From assembly GCF_009914755.1 (NCBI RefSeq), contig NC_060947.1: a stretch of DNA of 64,000 nucleotides; one strand, given 5' to 3'. The notes beneath the pieces were generated by a model that did not search any database, was not told the origin of the DNA, and saw only the letters and a program-made list of their open reading frames with translations. Position numbers and translations under genes: made by a program. Positions within the stretch are counted from its first letter, which is position 1. Each line of letters opens with the position of its first letter. Shown here piece by piece: positions 39,620-52,681 of this stretch. Source of the DNA: the human T2T-CHM13v2.0 reference genome, Homo sapiens.

Positions 39620-39957
39620 TGTATCAGTCAGGGCTCTCCAGAGAAACATAAAACAGGCTTATGTAACTATGGGGTCTGGCAAGTCTGACATCCATGGGGC
39701 AGGCTGGCAGGTGCGGACTCTGTAGACTTGAGGCAGAATTTCTCCTTCCTCAGGGAAACCTCGATTTTGCTGTAAAGGCTTTAACTAATGGGGTGTGGCC
39801 CACCTACATTATCAAGGATAATCTCCTTTACTGAAGTCAACTGATTGTAGATATTCACCATATATGTTCAATATACCTTCATGGCAACACCTTGATTAAC
39901 ATTTGGTTGAATAAGTGGGTACTACAGCCTAGCCAAGTTAACACATAAACCGTCACA
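39620..39957 (-). mobile_element. MLT2 (ERVL) solo LTR
   Basis: TGTATCAGTCAGGGCTCTCCAGAGAAACA...AGCCAAGTTAACACATAAACCGTCACA termini. Confidence 0.85.
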
Positions 39958-40692
39958 AGGCCCATGCCCAAACATTTGTATATCCATTGCAACAACAAGC
40001 ACAGAGTGTGTGGTCAGTCAATAAATGTTTACTGAGTTGTTGTGACTAATAATAATATTAATAATTTTAAAATCTCCATTAGTAGAAGGCCGTCTTCTTT
40101 ATCAATAATGAAATTTTGCTAATCGATTTATTATGTACTTATCAACTGCAGTGCTGGAAGTTAAGAGCTCCATTTTATTTAATTTTGAGATTAAGTGATT
40201 TCTAGCTGACAGTTCTTTACCAAGTCATACTATCAATCAAATGTCAGAATATAATGCAATTGTTTTCATACCAAGGCTCAACATTTTTGCATCCCATGTA
40301 CTCTTTCTTTGGAAACCACTCAAAGATGTGTTTTAGCAAAATGAGAGTGTTAAACTAAGAAAGATAAGTCAATGGGACCCAGAAAATAGAGGAACCAACA
40401 TAAAAAGAAGTAAGGAAAGTCCAGGATAATAACTACATAATTATCATGCAGTTGTGTGCAGCATCTTAGAAAGGCCCCATCTAAATTGTAGCAGGAGGAT
40501 GGAGGAGTCCTGGAGTTAGGACTCTGGGGGAAAAATGATACTATAGGTAACATTTGAGGGCAAATAGTTACACATAAATATAAGCAATATGTGAGGCTAT
40601 TATTAACTCCAGGCAAAACAAAAGAATGCACAAAAAAAGGAAGCATTGTTATAGAACAGTCCTTAACTTGGCAGTGATTTCTGATATAGATA

Positions 40693-40839
40693 TTATGGCA
40701 GAGACTACTGGTAGCCAATCCAGTATTCATCTTCCCTTTGCTTCTTTTCAACAGAACCTCAGTTTACTTGGGGCAGAAATGTGCCCAGCTGAAGAACATT
40801 TCCCAGCCCCCTTTGCAGGTATAGGTGATCATATGAAAC

Positions 40840-40875
<36 letters not shown>

Positions 40876-41360
40876 AGACTAGGTCTCGCTGTGTTGCCCA
40901 GGCTGGAGTGCAGTGGCTAGTCACAGGCACACTCATATTGCACTACAGCCTCAAACTCCTGGGCACGAGCCATCCTCCTGCCTCAGCCTCCCAAGTAGCT
41001 GGGACTACAAGCTCACACCACCATGTCTGGTAGGCCTATGAAATTTTAATAGAAGCTGCTATGTGCTATGTAGGGCTTTTGGGAAAGCTATTTAAAGGGA
41101 ACACACACTGTTTGCTCTTTGCCCTTCCTGGATTTCTCCACCAGGAATGGTTGCAATGTCTGAGGGACTGGGGCCTTTCTGTAACAATGACGAGGACAGA
41201 ACACCTAGTAAAGCTGGATAACAGAAAAGATAGAAGGATCTTGGATTTCTGATGACATCCTGGAGCCTCCAAATGAGCCCTAAGCTTCATGTTCTATGAA
41301 AAAATAAATTGCTAATTTGTTTGAGCCAATGTTTTGGGATCTGTGTTACTGGGTGAACAT
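40693..41360 (+). mobile_element. Old MLT1 LTR interrupted by a FAM
   Basis: TTTCCCAGCCCCCTTTGCAG..GGTGATCATATGA and other MLT1-like motifs lie on both sides of the FAM. Confidence 0.65.
40840..41036 (-). mobile_element. FAM (fossil Alu monomer) with an (ATT)n tail
   Basis: Monomer retaining the 7SL-derived GTGCAGTGGCTAGTCACAGGC..CACTACAGCC segment. TSD-like TATGAAACT/TATGAAATT. Confidence 0.8.
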
Positions 41361-43732
41361 AATTCCTGACACCATTATATTGGAAGAATGTGGTATTGGG
41401 ATGAGGAGGGCTAATTCCTTTTTGATCATATGTAGAATGTTAAGAATAATATCCAAAATTCATAAACCAGGAAAGAGCAGTAAAGGCACATTATGGGAAA
41501 TATGGAGATACATAGCAGAGGAGATATTTGCCAGTTGAAAGTGATTGTCCCTAGGGTGGAGTGGGATGGGACAGGGATTACTGTTTTTCATTAAGAGTCT
41601 TTCATACATTTGTATGTTGAACATGTATTACTTTGATAAAATTAAAATTAGTTTAAAATAAACAAAAAGATACTCTCTGGTTATTAAATCAATTTCTTGT
41701 CCTTAAAGTCACTTCCTATGAACTAGCAGTGTTTTATTATCATCTGGCCCATAGATGACCAGAGTCGTGGTAGAGCTTCAGAGAAATTATATGCCTAATG
41801 GTCCATTCTGAAACCCAAGTGTAATGTGATCACGTCATACACATATGACCTGATTGGCATTTCCTGTTTCCACCATTTCAGCTTTAATTTGTTCAAGGCT
41901 TATGATAGTTTTTCCACATGTAACCAGAGATACATATAGACAGTTCTGATCCAAATTGTTTTGGACATTCTTTTAGATCTCCAGGAATGAATATTCTATA
42001 TCCAAGACACCTTAATAATTCATTAGAGTAATCGAAAACCACCTTTTGTTCTTATTCCTAATTGGTATCATTCTTGATTTAAATCCATTTTTTGTGGGTT
42101 TTTGTATGACTAGGAATAGCTGGTTACTGTCCTTCATATTTAACCATTTTACTTCTTATTCTTTTATCTCACTTTCCTTATATACGAGAAAGATTAGTCC
42201 CTCAAACCTTTAATATTTTAATGCACAAAGCTGATATTTAAATTAGTCTTAGAGATTAAAAATATTAACTTTTATGAATCAGATCTCTTTTTTTGTATGT
42301 TAGAAACAAGCAAATCAGGCTGGATCATTGATAAGCATGTGGACATAAGGAGGTGAATAAAAATTTTAATCAAAAGAAGCTTTGAACAGGATTTGCGCTC
42401 CTTGCTTACAAAAAGTCAATGCTTTATCTTTTAGATTGGTACTTAAATGAACAGAAAGATTGCCAGGATGGTTGTGTTATTTCTGATTGGTGAAAATCCT
42501 CTCCCACTTCACACATACCTGGATCTAAGATGGTAGTAAAGATAAAAACTACTTAGGAATCATGGTTTATGTGTCACTTTCCTTTGTTACACACAGATCA
42601 TGGTGTGTGTTTTTTTTTAACATTTTTAATGGCCAAGGAAATAATATTTACCCTTATTTCCTTATAACTAGGTAACTTGTCATAAGTTTTTTTTTTCTGT
42701 TGAGAACCACTTATGAAAATCAACACATACTGAGATAGGCTTTCTTATATTATTCCCCTGATGCAAAATAAACATATTTAGTCATGGCAAGAAAAAAATG
42801 CAAACATGGGTATCAGTGCCTCAGCTTTTCCCATATTTATTAAAGAAATCTAAATATCTGAGAAACTACATTCAAATGAGGCTTCATTTTATTTCTCCTT
42901 TGAATCATTAATTTACAAAAGGAAGGGCTTATATTGCCTGTCTACATTATCTTATAAATAGCAATGCTATTTAATATTATTTTAATGTGAGTGATTTAAA
43001 TAGCATCATACAATGAACAAAATAACTATTCTTTTTCATAGCATTATTTAAGTTGTACCACAGTGCCCTAGTGATATTTGTCCTAAACTATATCTGTGTG
43101 GAAAAAAAAGATAATTTTGTTATGGTCATCTTTAGAAACCAACCAATTCGCAAATAGGTGGACTTTTCTTCAACTGGGCAAATTAATTTAGCCCAATTAA
43201 GGGAATTTAAAACCAGCTGATACACCACACACTGAGAGGTCTAATGAGATAAAAATACGAGTACCTACATTACAGAGATGCACAATACAATATAATATGA
43301 TATAATATAACCCACCAGGAGGTATTTGTGCTGAATTAAAAGGCAGGCAATTGAAAAACTCTCGTATCTATCATGGACCAGTTATACATCAGTCCCTTTT
43401 TGGACATGCAGGAAGTGTACAGTTGGTATATGGGACATCGGAATCCATCTCTCAAACTCGAGAACCCATACTCTTTCCAGCAGCATGTGGTGCTGGCACC
43501 CTAGTTCAGATGCAGGTCCCCTTTGGAATGAGGCTCAAAATGCAGTATGCCCATGACTCATCACAAACACTCCTTCACCTCCTGTGCCTCAATGGGGGTG
43601 ATGGAATTTACCACTTAGATGGTTCTAAGATCCCCAACCACAATCTACCTCCAAAAGTCTCTCATGTTGCACCTTCAAGATGAGTCAGGAATTTGCCATT
43701 ACATTTGGAAGCAAACTGAAGCACTTTAATGA

Positions 43733-44028
<296 letters not shown>

Positions 44029-44552
44029 AGCACTGTAATGATTTTTAATCACCTTAAATGGCTCTCCAAATTTGGGCTGTGTTCATCCAATCAACCAGAG
44101 GTAGGAAAAAACAATGCATTTGTCTGTTAAGGGAGTAGCCCTCATGGAAAAAGATGTTGGTATTGTGCTATGCAGAGGAGGATTTGGATTTTAGGGCTCT
44201 TTGTCTAGGACTGTGAATGAGGTTTTCCTTTTCCATTCAGAATTGCTGAATGATGTTCCTAGTGGAATACGTTTGTGTGATTCATTTCCACAGTTAGGAA
44301 TGCAGCCTTAGAGCACTTTTCTTTATTCAGAGCTAATTGGTGCATCAATGTTCTAGCCATCGATTTCATTAGCAACATATAGATAGATATCTGTACATCT
44401 CTATGAATTGATTTTCATCACTCCCAGGGAATCCAAAGATCTCAAGCATAGAGACAAGTGCTTCATATAAGAAAAAGAATCGGAGAGACTCTCATGCCTT
44501 AACCATATGCTAACAAAGATGGTATACCTTCTTTATGCCAGAACGGTCATAG

Positions 44553-45520
44553 GTATTCAGTAAGTATTTATGGACTACAGCTATAACACCCTGAACATGC
44601 CTGATCATGTCAGTAAGTATTTATTGGGTGTCTACTATGTGCCAGGCATTGTTCTAGGTGCTGACGATACAGACAGGTACAAATAGGTTAAGTGCTGCTG
44701 TCATGAGCATACCTTCTAGTGAAGGGAGATAGACAAACACATCAACAAATAAGTAGAAAGTAGGTCTGATGGTGATAGGGGCTATTGTATGTGGGGTAAG
44801 GAGTGTCAATGGGATGAGGAGTTTCTATATTTTATAGGGTGATATTTTAGCAAAGTCCTAAGGAAGTGAGGAAGCAAGACTTTCAACTACAGTGATGGAT
44901 GGGGGCAGAGTTACCCGGGCAGAGGAAACAGTGATTGCAGAAGCTGTGAGGCCAGGGTGAACTCAACCAACGCAGGAAGCCTATGTAGGTTGGAGCAGAG
45001 GGAGGAAGCACTACAGTAGTAGGAGCTGAAGTCTCAGGAATGTGTCTGAGGGTGTATGTGTGCGGGGGGCGGGGGCAGTGGTTGTGGGTGGGTGTTGGTG
45101 AGGCAGTGTTTGCAGATCCTGTAGGGTCTAGTAGATCACTAGAAGGATCTTGGGTTTTCCTTGGAGTGAGATGGGAAGGTTTCAGAGCTCAGGAGTAACA
45201 ATATCCAATTGATATTATAGAGCTCAGTCTGACTGCTAGACAGAGAGCAGCCTGCAAGGCAGGAGATGTTAAGAGATGATGGTGGATTGGGACGGGGGTG
45301 GCACTGGAAGTGGGGTGACTTGGGGAGTTCCTGGATAGATTTTGATAGTACAATGAGTGTGGCTTGCTGATGGACTGTATGTGTCAGATAAAGAGCAGAA
45401 ACGAGGTTTCCAGGTTGTTTCCTGGGACAGCTGGGAGAATGAAGTCACTATTTACTGAGATGGGGACAACTGCAGGAGGAGCAGTTGATAGGAGGGACCA
45501 CAACCTTGCTTCAGTGTCCT
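44553..45520 (-). mobile_element. L2 LINE 3' region
   Basis: AGTATTTATTGGGTGTCTACTATGTGCCAGGCATTGTTCTAGGTGCTG is a reverse L2 3' end, followed by purine-rich L2 body. Confidence 0.8.
44573..44611 (+). pseudogene. Tailless 5S rRNA retropseudogene (5S nt 1-39)
   Basis: GACTACAGCTATAACACCCTGAACATGCCTGATCATGTC versus 5S GTCTACGGCCATACCACCCTGAACGCGCCCGATCTCGTC: 30/39 identical, and 5 of the 9 changes are CpG transitions. Flanked by duplicated AGTAAGTATTTAT. Confidence 0.85.
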
Positions 45521-45809
45521 GTGGGAGGGGCAGTCTGGAGGCTTTGTAAAATCATCCAGATAACAAGAAGGTCCAGGGATATTTGGATCATGCCCAAAAG
45601 TTTATACTATACATGGAAAAAATTGAACATAAATACTTAATTTATTATTCCCAATCAATGCAGTATAGCACTGTGGCTGGCAGCACTGATGCTGGAAACA
45701 GCCTTAGTCCAAATATCAATCCTGTCACTTAATAGTTGTGATAAGTTGGCCCATCTGCTTAATATCCCTCAAAGTTATTGTGAGAATTGAGGTGATTTGT
45801 TTAAAAATA

Positions 45810-46050
45810 ATATTATTTAACATTTATTGAATGCTTATTAGAAGCCAGACACTGTTGTGAGCACATTTAATCTTCCTTCACCCTATGAGAAAAGGTACTA
45901 ATATTATCCCCATTTTCCAGAGGAGAAAACTGAGGCACAGAGAGGCAAAGTAACTTGCCAAAGTCACACAGCTAGGAGGCCATAGATACTAGTTTGTGCA
46001 CTCAGGCTGACCAGTTCCTGAAAACATGCCCTTAACCATAGAACTATGAG
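45810..46050 (-). mobile_element. MIR SINE, next to a plus-strand MIR remnant at about 45660-45800
   Basis: ATTATCCCCATTTTCCAGAGGAGAAAACTGAGGCACAGAGAGG core. Confidence 0.85.
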
Positions 46051-46884
46051 GAGAACACAGCACATAGTAAATACTCAAAAATAGTAGCTTGTATTATGAT
46101 CAGGTAACTCATAAAACAAAAACGTCAAAGAGTCAGTTGTATGTTTATATGACTCCACTTGTAATCATTGCATGACTCAGTTTCCATCGTGCATTGCTTT
46201 CTCCAGCTCTATTTTGGGTACGTAGCCCATATTCTTCCTTCCTTGATATGATGAAGTCTTTGCTGAGAAAATCAGAACAAAATATTTATCATTTGAAAGT
46301 TCGCCTTAAAAATGCCCAAGGCACAGGAATCCTTAAGAGTCATAAAATCCATCACAAGCATGGAGACTTTTTTTCTGTCATTAATGTCATTTAGGACTGT
46401 AACATATTTACCTATGTCCCAGATACCGAACAGGAAGCAATTGTTCAGACACACTTCTAAGTAGCTCCAGGGCAGGCAACAATGTCTGACATTAGCTCTC
46501 CATATTTGTCTTTCCTTTGAATCATGGAGCTCACCCTTCAGCCCCAAAGTGCTTTCAGATGGGACCTTGCTGAGCGTCTGCACCTTATTTCTTTCAATTA
46601 CGCTTGCATTGTCTGGCCTAATGAGTTTCCAAAGCTAGTTTTCATTTTATTTAGGGCATGTTTTCAGATGTGTTAAATTAATTGGTGCTAAATAAAAGGT
46701 AACCTGACCCCTGAAGCTTCTAGCAAATACATTCCATTACCAAATGTACTATTCTAACCCTCATATGTCTAAAAAAACAAACGTAAATGAGCTGTGCTGT
46801 ACCTGTTTCTTCTTGTTGTGTATCTTGGGCAAGTCACTTAAACTCTCTGAGCTACAGTTCCCTTATTTGTACAATGGAACCATT

Positions 46885-47225
46885 AGTTGCTTTGGCTGCC
46901 CATTGAAATCACCTGGAAGAGATTTAAAAGATACGGGTGCCTGAGTCCCACCCCCAGAAAGTCTGATTTAATTGACCTGGGCTGGGCCTTGGAGCAGAGT
47001 TTTTAAAAGCTACCTTAGGGAATTTTGATGAGTAGCCAAGGTTGAGAACCACAGGTCTAGATCAGTGGTTCTCAAATTGGAGTGGGCATCAGAATCCCCT
47101 AGAGGGCTTGTTAAAACACAGGTTACAGGGCCCCACCCCAGAGTTTCTGATTCAGCAGTCTGGGGTGGGGCCTAGAAATTTGCATTTCTGACAAGTTCCC
47201 AGGTAGGGCCGATGCTGTTGGTTTT
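46885..47225. mobile_element. Two adjacent MER5 (B- and A-like) MITEs
   Basis: Junction GTTGAGAACCACAG-GTCTAGAT-CAGTGGTTCTCAA, with two termini around one hAT target site. Confidence 0.8.
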
Positions 47226-47243
47226 GGAAATGCTTCTGTATAT

Positions 47244-47455
47244 CAGGGGTTGGCAAACTCAGGTACTCCAGCCCAAGCCTGCCCACCACCTGTTTTTGTA
47301 TGGTCCATGAGTTAAGAATTTTTTTTTTAACATTTTCAAATAGTTGAAAGAATCAAAAGAATTATATTTCATGACATATGAAAAGTATGTGAAATTAAAA
47401 TTTCAGTGCCCATAGATAAAGTTTTATTGGAATGCAGCCATGCCCATTCAGTCTA
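47244..47455 (+). mobile_element. MER58B-like 5' part
   Basis: CAGGGGTTGGCAAACT...ATAAAGTTTTATTGGAATGCAGCCATGCCCATTC. Confidence 0.8.
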
Positions 47456-47565
47456 CCATTAGACCAAGTGTGGGACCTCATGTAACTGCACAGGTTGTAT
47501 GCCCAAGAAGCTGGCTCTGACTGACATTGACTAATTTAAGCTCCAAGCTTGATGTGTTTACCTCC

Positions 47566-48409
47566 TGAAGGGGATCAGAATATGCCAACCCCAAATATGC
47601 CTCTTTGGCATAATAATTATTTTGAGCTAAAGTCAAATGAAAATCAACAGCTGTCGGAAGAGTTCTCTGCCCTCCCTCTATCTGCCTAAAAGCAGAACAT
47701 ACATTTCCCTTTGAAGAAGGTGCCCCCTGTACCAGAGAGAGAAGAATGACTTTTATCATAGAAGATGGGGAGTTGATACCAAGAAGAGTTTGTATAAATA
47801 GACCTTAGTCCTTATTGTTCATTAGTTCCCCTATATATTTCCTAGTCATTTTCCCATAATTTATTATCCCTTGAAGCCCAAACCCTCTTTCCTTTGTTAA
47901 AAGGGTATGTTAAAAGCCCCTGAGTCTAGCTGCTTCTTTGTGTTTTGCTCCTTTTGTGTGAACTCTTGTGTATGTACTTTTTTTTCTTTTTTTGAGACAA
48001 GGTCTCTCTCTGTTGCCCAGGCTAGAGTGCAGTGATGTGATTATGGCTCACTGCAGCCTCAATCAACCTCCCAGGCCCAAGCAATCCTCCTACCTCAGCC
48101 TCCAGAGTAGCTGAGACTACAGGTGCACACCACCATGCCTGGCTAATTTTTAAATTTTTTTTGTAGAGGCAGGGTCTCCCTATGCTGCTCAGGCTGGTCT
48201 CAAACTCCTGGGCTCAGGCAATCCTCCCGCCTTGGCCTCCCAAAGTGCTGGAATTACAGGCTAGAGCTTCCAAACACAGCCTTGTACATGTAAATATTGA
48301 TTAAAATTGTGTGCCTTTTCTCCTGTTAATCTATCTTTTGTTAGTTTAGTTTGCAGGCCCCCAGGGATTGAACAGAAGAAGGTAGATGAAAAGATTTCCT
48401 CCCCAATAC
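47566..48409 (+). mobile_element. MER34-family ERV1 solo LTR interrupted by an AluJ
   Basis: Start TGAAGGGGATCAGAATATGCCAACCCCAAATATGCC..TTTGGCATA; 3' part TTTTCTCCTGTTAATCTATCTTTTGT. Confidence 0.75.
47978..48281 (-). mobile_element. AluJ nested in the MER34-like LTR
   Basis: Dimeric J-type Alu; flanks TGTGTATGTA/TGTACATGTA. Confidence 0.88.
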
Positions 48410-51310
48410 TCGTTGCCTAAGAAATGTGAGACATTGTTATTTGCAGGCTCTTCACCTCACTGTTAGTCATCCCCCATTTCCCCCTCCCCTACAGCCCACA
48501 TCACATGACATAACTGCACGAAAGGCCACTCCATTAGACAGAGAGAAAGTCTCTTGGAAACAGGATGACTTAAGTCAGATGACCTCACAATAGAAGGATT
48601 GTGGGTTATTACAAGACCCTGTGCCCTTTCTGGTAACAAATATCCATGAAAGGACCATCAAAGATGCATATAGAGCAAAAATTGCAGAATAATACCTATG
48701 TGTATGCTAAAAGAAAATGCTAAGAAAAAAAATGATAGGCATGCTGTGGGCAGGAAGAACAGGATGGTTGATATTTATTTCTAAATATCTGAAACCCAAA
48801 GTTATTCCATGGTATTTTAATAAAAGTCCCATATGTAAGAATCTTTTGGTAATAAGAAAGATATGAAAACACATTTTACTGGAAATAAGCATATAAGTTG
48901 TAAAGTTTTTAAAAAGCCCCTTCTCCTGAACCATGCCTCTAGTTAAATTTAAATCCAAGTAATATCATCCAGTTAACTAATATGGTTTTATCTCTGATTC
49001 TCTGGAAAGATGTGTATCCTTCCTGGTAACTATTCCCTTAACAAAGAGGTTGCTATGGATACATTTTTTTTTTTTTAAATTGAGTGCTGGCATTTTAAAG
49101 CCTGTGCAATTTAGTGCACTATATCTGGCCAGAGGGTTATACTAATTTAAGTGCCTGTATTTAATGCTAGCAATTTTTATCTTAATACACTTGCTTCATG
49201 CATTTGACGTGCCGTGTTCAAGAGCGTAAGAGATGGTGTGGGTGTTCTTTAAGGAAAAGCAAGTAAGACGAATATCGTACAACCCACCTAACTGCAATTG
49301 AATCAGTGGATGCTTCACTCGCCTGGAATTCGTCTGTTCTTGGTGTGTTTAATAATGAGTCATGCGATACATTTGCAAGGCAATGGGGCCACCTCCCAGG
49401 GCCTGGGGCCACGTTATGATTTTCTGCGCCTGAGTCCCCCGTCTTTGTTCAGACAGGTTGCTAATGCATCCCGCGAAGCTGACCTAATGCTACTTCAGTG
49501 GGTCTATTTTTCTTCTGTGGCTCAGCTCGAATGTGATATTCAGGAAGTCGACTGTCAGGCATGCAAATTGAGAGAAAAATATGCCACATTAAATCATGAT
49601 GGTTTAATAAGGTATTACTCATGGGCAAATGGCTTCTGGTACTCTCCTTAGTAGGGGCAAGTTGAAAAGCATAACCTGCCCCAGAGAAGAGATCTAGCAA
49701 TTTCATTGTCATTCCATCTTTGTCAAGGCATTTGGTGAAATATGCTCCAGTTGACATACTGTAGCTGCCAGTATTCTACCTGAAAATATAAACCCACATG
49801 TATCCTACTTTAGTCACCAATATTAAGAATCTTTACCATTATGATTACACTTGAGGTGAAATACCAAACATTTCAAATGCTTCTAATGATAGTTCCACTC
49901 TATGAATATGATACCACTTAGGAATGTTTCATGGTATCTCAAGAATTCCTTTTCAGAGCAAAAGGAAATCTTTACATTTCCATCTTTTACTGCAAATAGA
50001 AATTAATAAAATAAGTATTCATTTTCCTTGCAACTCAATTGATTTTTCTGTAATCTGTAGAAAATGAGCATGTTTTCTATATGCCTTCTATAAGAATGCA
50101 TACATTTAAATTATACCTTTTCCAATCAGACATGGAATTTTACTAAGAAAAAAAAAGAATAAGTCTAGAATGAAAGAATTGTCATGCTGAAATTCTCCAG
50201 GTCATTTACACATTGATTACTTTGTCTGCTGCAAAACTATTAATTTAGTATTTGCCATGGCTTTAGAACTTAAGTTCTTTACATAGTAACTTACTTTCAT
50301 AAATATGGAAGTATAATAATTAGGGTGGTGTATGTAACAATAACATAAAAACACTTATTTTTGACAGGCTGGTCATTGTCTGTCACAGTCATGTCTTCAC
50401 TCGTGAAGATTGAAAGCAATGTCACATGAAGAAACTGGTTTCATTCTTCAGTTAACAATTTAAATCAGTGCTTAGTTGTCCCAGACTACAAAATATGTTA
50501 GAGGCAACAAAACCATTTTTAATCCTTCTTACCTAACTATAGATATTCCATTTAATTTTGGATTTGCTTTGTTAGATAGAGAGAAAGGAGAAAGGCAAAG
50601 ATTTAAAAACATAAAACAGAGGGAACAGCATGAAAGCAACTATAAAATGCTGGCAAAATCTGGAAGAATAGAAACCATGTGGAAGTAAGTATTGTGGAAT
50701 AAAGATTTAAAACCCTTCAGAAATGTTCTTTGAAAATCCAGCAACACAGAGGGGAAAAATGAAGAAAAATTAGCCAGTGCCAGTAAGAAAGCACTTTCTC
50801 TTTCCACCCTGACCAATTTTCTTTTATTTAAAAGAAACAGAACAAGATTAAGAGTTTAAAAATAGAGAGGAGGGCAAAACAGTAATCTGTAGTTTTTTTC
50901 TTCTTTCAGCTGTTCCTCTTTAACTATAATTAATCATCTTCTCCAAACAGCAGACCTCCAGGGAACTGCATTGAGGAAGGAAAATTCAAAGCAATGGAAA
51001 CAAAATCAGTCCTTACAGGTTTCACCGTTGGGATTTGGACCCGGAGTGAAAAGAGGATAATGGTCTCAGAGCAGCCTCTGGTGGCTGAATGTCAAAAGCT
51101 CAAGAAGTCAGAGGCCACCTTACTAGTGTTCTCTTGACCTCCACTCTCCACGGTCTTAAGATTTTGTGCAAAGGAAGTTACTATTTAAATGACTTCAAGG
51201 CACTAGTTCAGAATTGATTAGGTTGGAATTGAAGTGAATTCATCAGTTTCAAGGGCAATCACAGATGGACTATGGATTTGATGCTGACAAACTGGGCCAT
51301 TCCAACAATG

Positions 51311-51314
<4 letters not shown>

Positions 51315-51345
<31 letters not shown>

Positions 51346-51437
51346 CACTGGTGACTGACACCTGAAATTCTAATTTTTAAGCAATCTGAATATTTTGATT
51401 CTTAAAACGCTGTGTGTGTGTGTGTGTGTGTGTGTGC
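51315..51437. repeat. (AT)n at about 51315-51342 and (TG)n at about 51411-51436
   Basis: Seen directly. Confidence 0.9.
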
Positions 51438-51936
51438 ATGTGTGCACAGAGATCTGTCCATCAGAAGCATTTGGGGTGCATTTTCTTGTCACAGCTTTCC
51501 CAGCTGTACAACATCTGTTTAGGACAGAGGCCTATACATTCCATCTGGTATGTTCCCCATTGAACCATCTCATCTGGGAAGTTTCCAAGGGGCCCTTTTC
51601 AAAATCTTGAGTCTTATAATCTAACTTGTATCAAATATCATGTCCAAAAGAGTGCTGCAATCTTCAGCTCCCTTTCTATGAGCATATCACATTTACACAT
51701 CAGGTTAGAATGTTTTGTTCAAAAACAGATATTCTGTGTTCACCAAAAAAAACTTGAAGGTTTCAAACACAGTGAGGGTAAGTTTGTGAATACTCAAACA
51801 CATATTTTAAATTGGTTTCAATAGGAGTCTGCTTTATGTATTTTTTTTTTTAGTAATTAACCAGCAGTTCTCTGGGCCTGCCAGAGGTGATGGAATTTTG
51901 TTAGGACCACATGGACCCTACAAAAGATCTATGGTA

Positions 51937-52170
<234 letters not shown>

Positions 52171-52364
52171 AAAGACCTATGATAACTTGTGTGTACAATG
52201 TTGAATTTATAGAGCCCACTTCTTATTCACAAGGAAGTATCCTGGTTCAATCAAATATCAACATTAGAATTATCTGGGCTCCTAATTAATGCCTGAAAAA
52301 GAGACAGCAGCTATTTGGAAGTACAAGGAATTAATAGTAATGTACAGATGAACTTCTTAGTCTG

Positions 52365-52505
52365 GACAAATGTGCCACCATTAGGTAAGATGTTCATAAC
52401 AGGGGAGGCTGGGGGAAAGGCATGCAGGAACTCTCTGTACTACCTTTGCAACTTTCTGTAAATCTTAAAATGTTCCAAAATCAAGAGTTTCTTTTTTAAA
52501 AAAAG
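52365..52505 (+). mobile_element. Old L1 (L1MC/MD) 3' tip
   Basis: GGAACTCTCTGTACTACCTTTGCAACTTTCTGTAAATCTTAAAATGTTCCAAAAT. Confidence 0.75.
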
Positions 52506-52681
52506 TACAGAGAGTAATGTCGGCAAATACACTCGGGAAGTGGGAAAAGATGGACAAAGTTCTCTGGCAGAAGAAAAGTTTAATAACAGTAGGATATTGG
52601 CCTTGTCATCCAAGATGGCTGAATAGGAACAGCTCCAGTCTGCAGCTCCCAGCATATTCCAACTGAGGTACCAGGTTCATC

